Shown: piece by piece, positions 63,662 through 64,000 of the stretch
Layout: every line of letters begins with the position of its first letter
How positions within the stretch are numbered: the first letter of the stretch is position 1
Assembly (NCBI GenBank): GCA_963835065.1
Contig: CAWIEK010000041.1
Coordinates: forward strand, 1-64,000
From: an uncultured Chthonomonadaceae bacterium
GTDB taxonomy: Bacteria; Armatimonadota; Chthonomonadetes; Chthonomonadales; Chthonomonadaceae
Reading direction: 5' to 3'
Length of the DNA stretch: 64,000 nucleotides
Position numbers and translations under genes: made by a program
The notes under the pieces: model-generated
What the model saw: only the letters and a program-made list of their open reading frames with translations
Told to the model about the DNA's origin: nothing
Database searches by the model: none

Positions 63662-64000
63662 ATGCTTATTTCATTACGGATGGCCTGGAAACTTCAATTG
63701 CATTCCCTAATACTGCGCGTCTTGCTGATAACCGGTTTTGCGCTTGTTTTGCTTCTGCCCGGAGCGCTTGGCTATACCGTCTTTGGCTCGGCTGCCTTGA
63801 CAGGAGGATTAGGTGTGGCGTTAGGGAATGGTATTTTGTTGGTGTGGAGCAGCAGGAACCGCTGGCGGTACACCCTTGACGAAAAGGGAATTCATCTTGT
63901 TATGGGAAGTTCTTCTTTCGCAAGCTCGCGCCTTCTCTTCAATTGGCAGCAGGCTTCCCTGTCTTCTATATCTTTGCATCACTGGCGTGATTTGCCCAGT
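63662..64000 (+). CDS. Putative immunity protein of the orphan module (runs off the window)
   Basis: GGAGG RBS, ATG 63662; MLISLRMAWK.., two TMs; YTLDEKGIHL and HHWRDLP match YDLDDQGICL and THWQQFP of 62574..63044. Confidence 0.75.
   Translation, partial: MLISLRMAWKLQLHSLILRVLLITGFALVLLLPGALGYTVFGSAALTGGLGVALGNGILLVWSSRNRWRYTLDEKGIHLVMGSSSFASSRLLFNWQQASLSSISLHHWRDLPS

Noticed and set aside
63634..63879. 81-aa ORF from the track as the second immunity gene
   Set aside because: The frame starting at 63662 has the RBS and matches the first immunity protein.

Overview
GC-rich bacterial chromosome segment. The gene content (prepilin/DUF1559-type H-X9-DG protein, DUF1549/DUF1553 protein, HAF-repeat lipoprotein, XisH/XisI) suggests Armatimonadota or a similar lineage, which is inference only. 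In order: a YncE-like beta-propeller; a lower-GC two-gene unit encoding a Pycsar PycTM-like membrane effector and a class III nucleotidyl cyclase fused to a STAND ATPase and TPRs; a FliA/WhiG sigma factor; a ~10.4 kb phage head-and-neck gene module (Mu-like portal, protease/scaffold, cement, major capsid, fibre-like genes, adaptor, stopper, holin-like gene) with no terminase, tail or integrase in the window and punctuated by host-type heptamer hairpin repeats; XisH/XisI; an M14 peptidase; an internally deleted IS630; a DUF1549/1553 gene carrying an inserted membrane domain; a PhyH dioxygenase; kaiC-kaiB-PAS kinase; a secreted Zn-hydrolase/tectonin protein; an OmpR two-component system; a GNAT toxin-antitoxin-like pair; a paoABC-like cluster with two Mo subunits plus xdhC; and an RHS toxin with immunity gene and an orphan RHS module. 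The best candidates for a new system are the NLR-fused Pycsar-like locus (1425-4941) and the possibly domesticated capsid module (8059-18466). Many genes carry single-base frameshifts, probably sequencing errors. All family calls are from motif recognition by eye; no searches were run.
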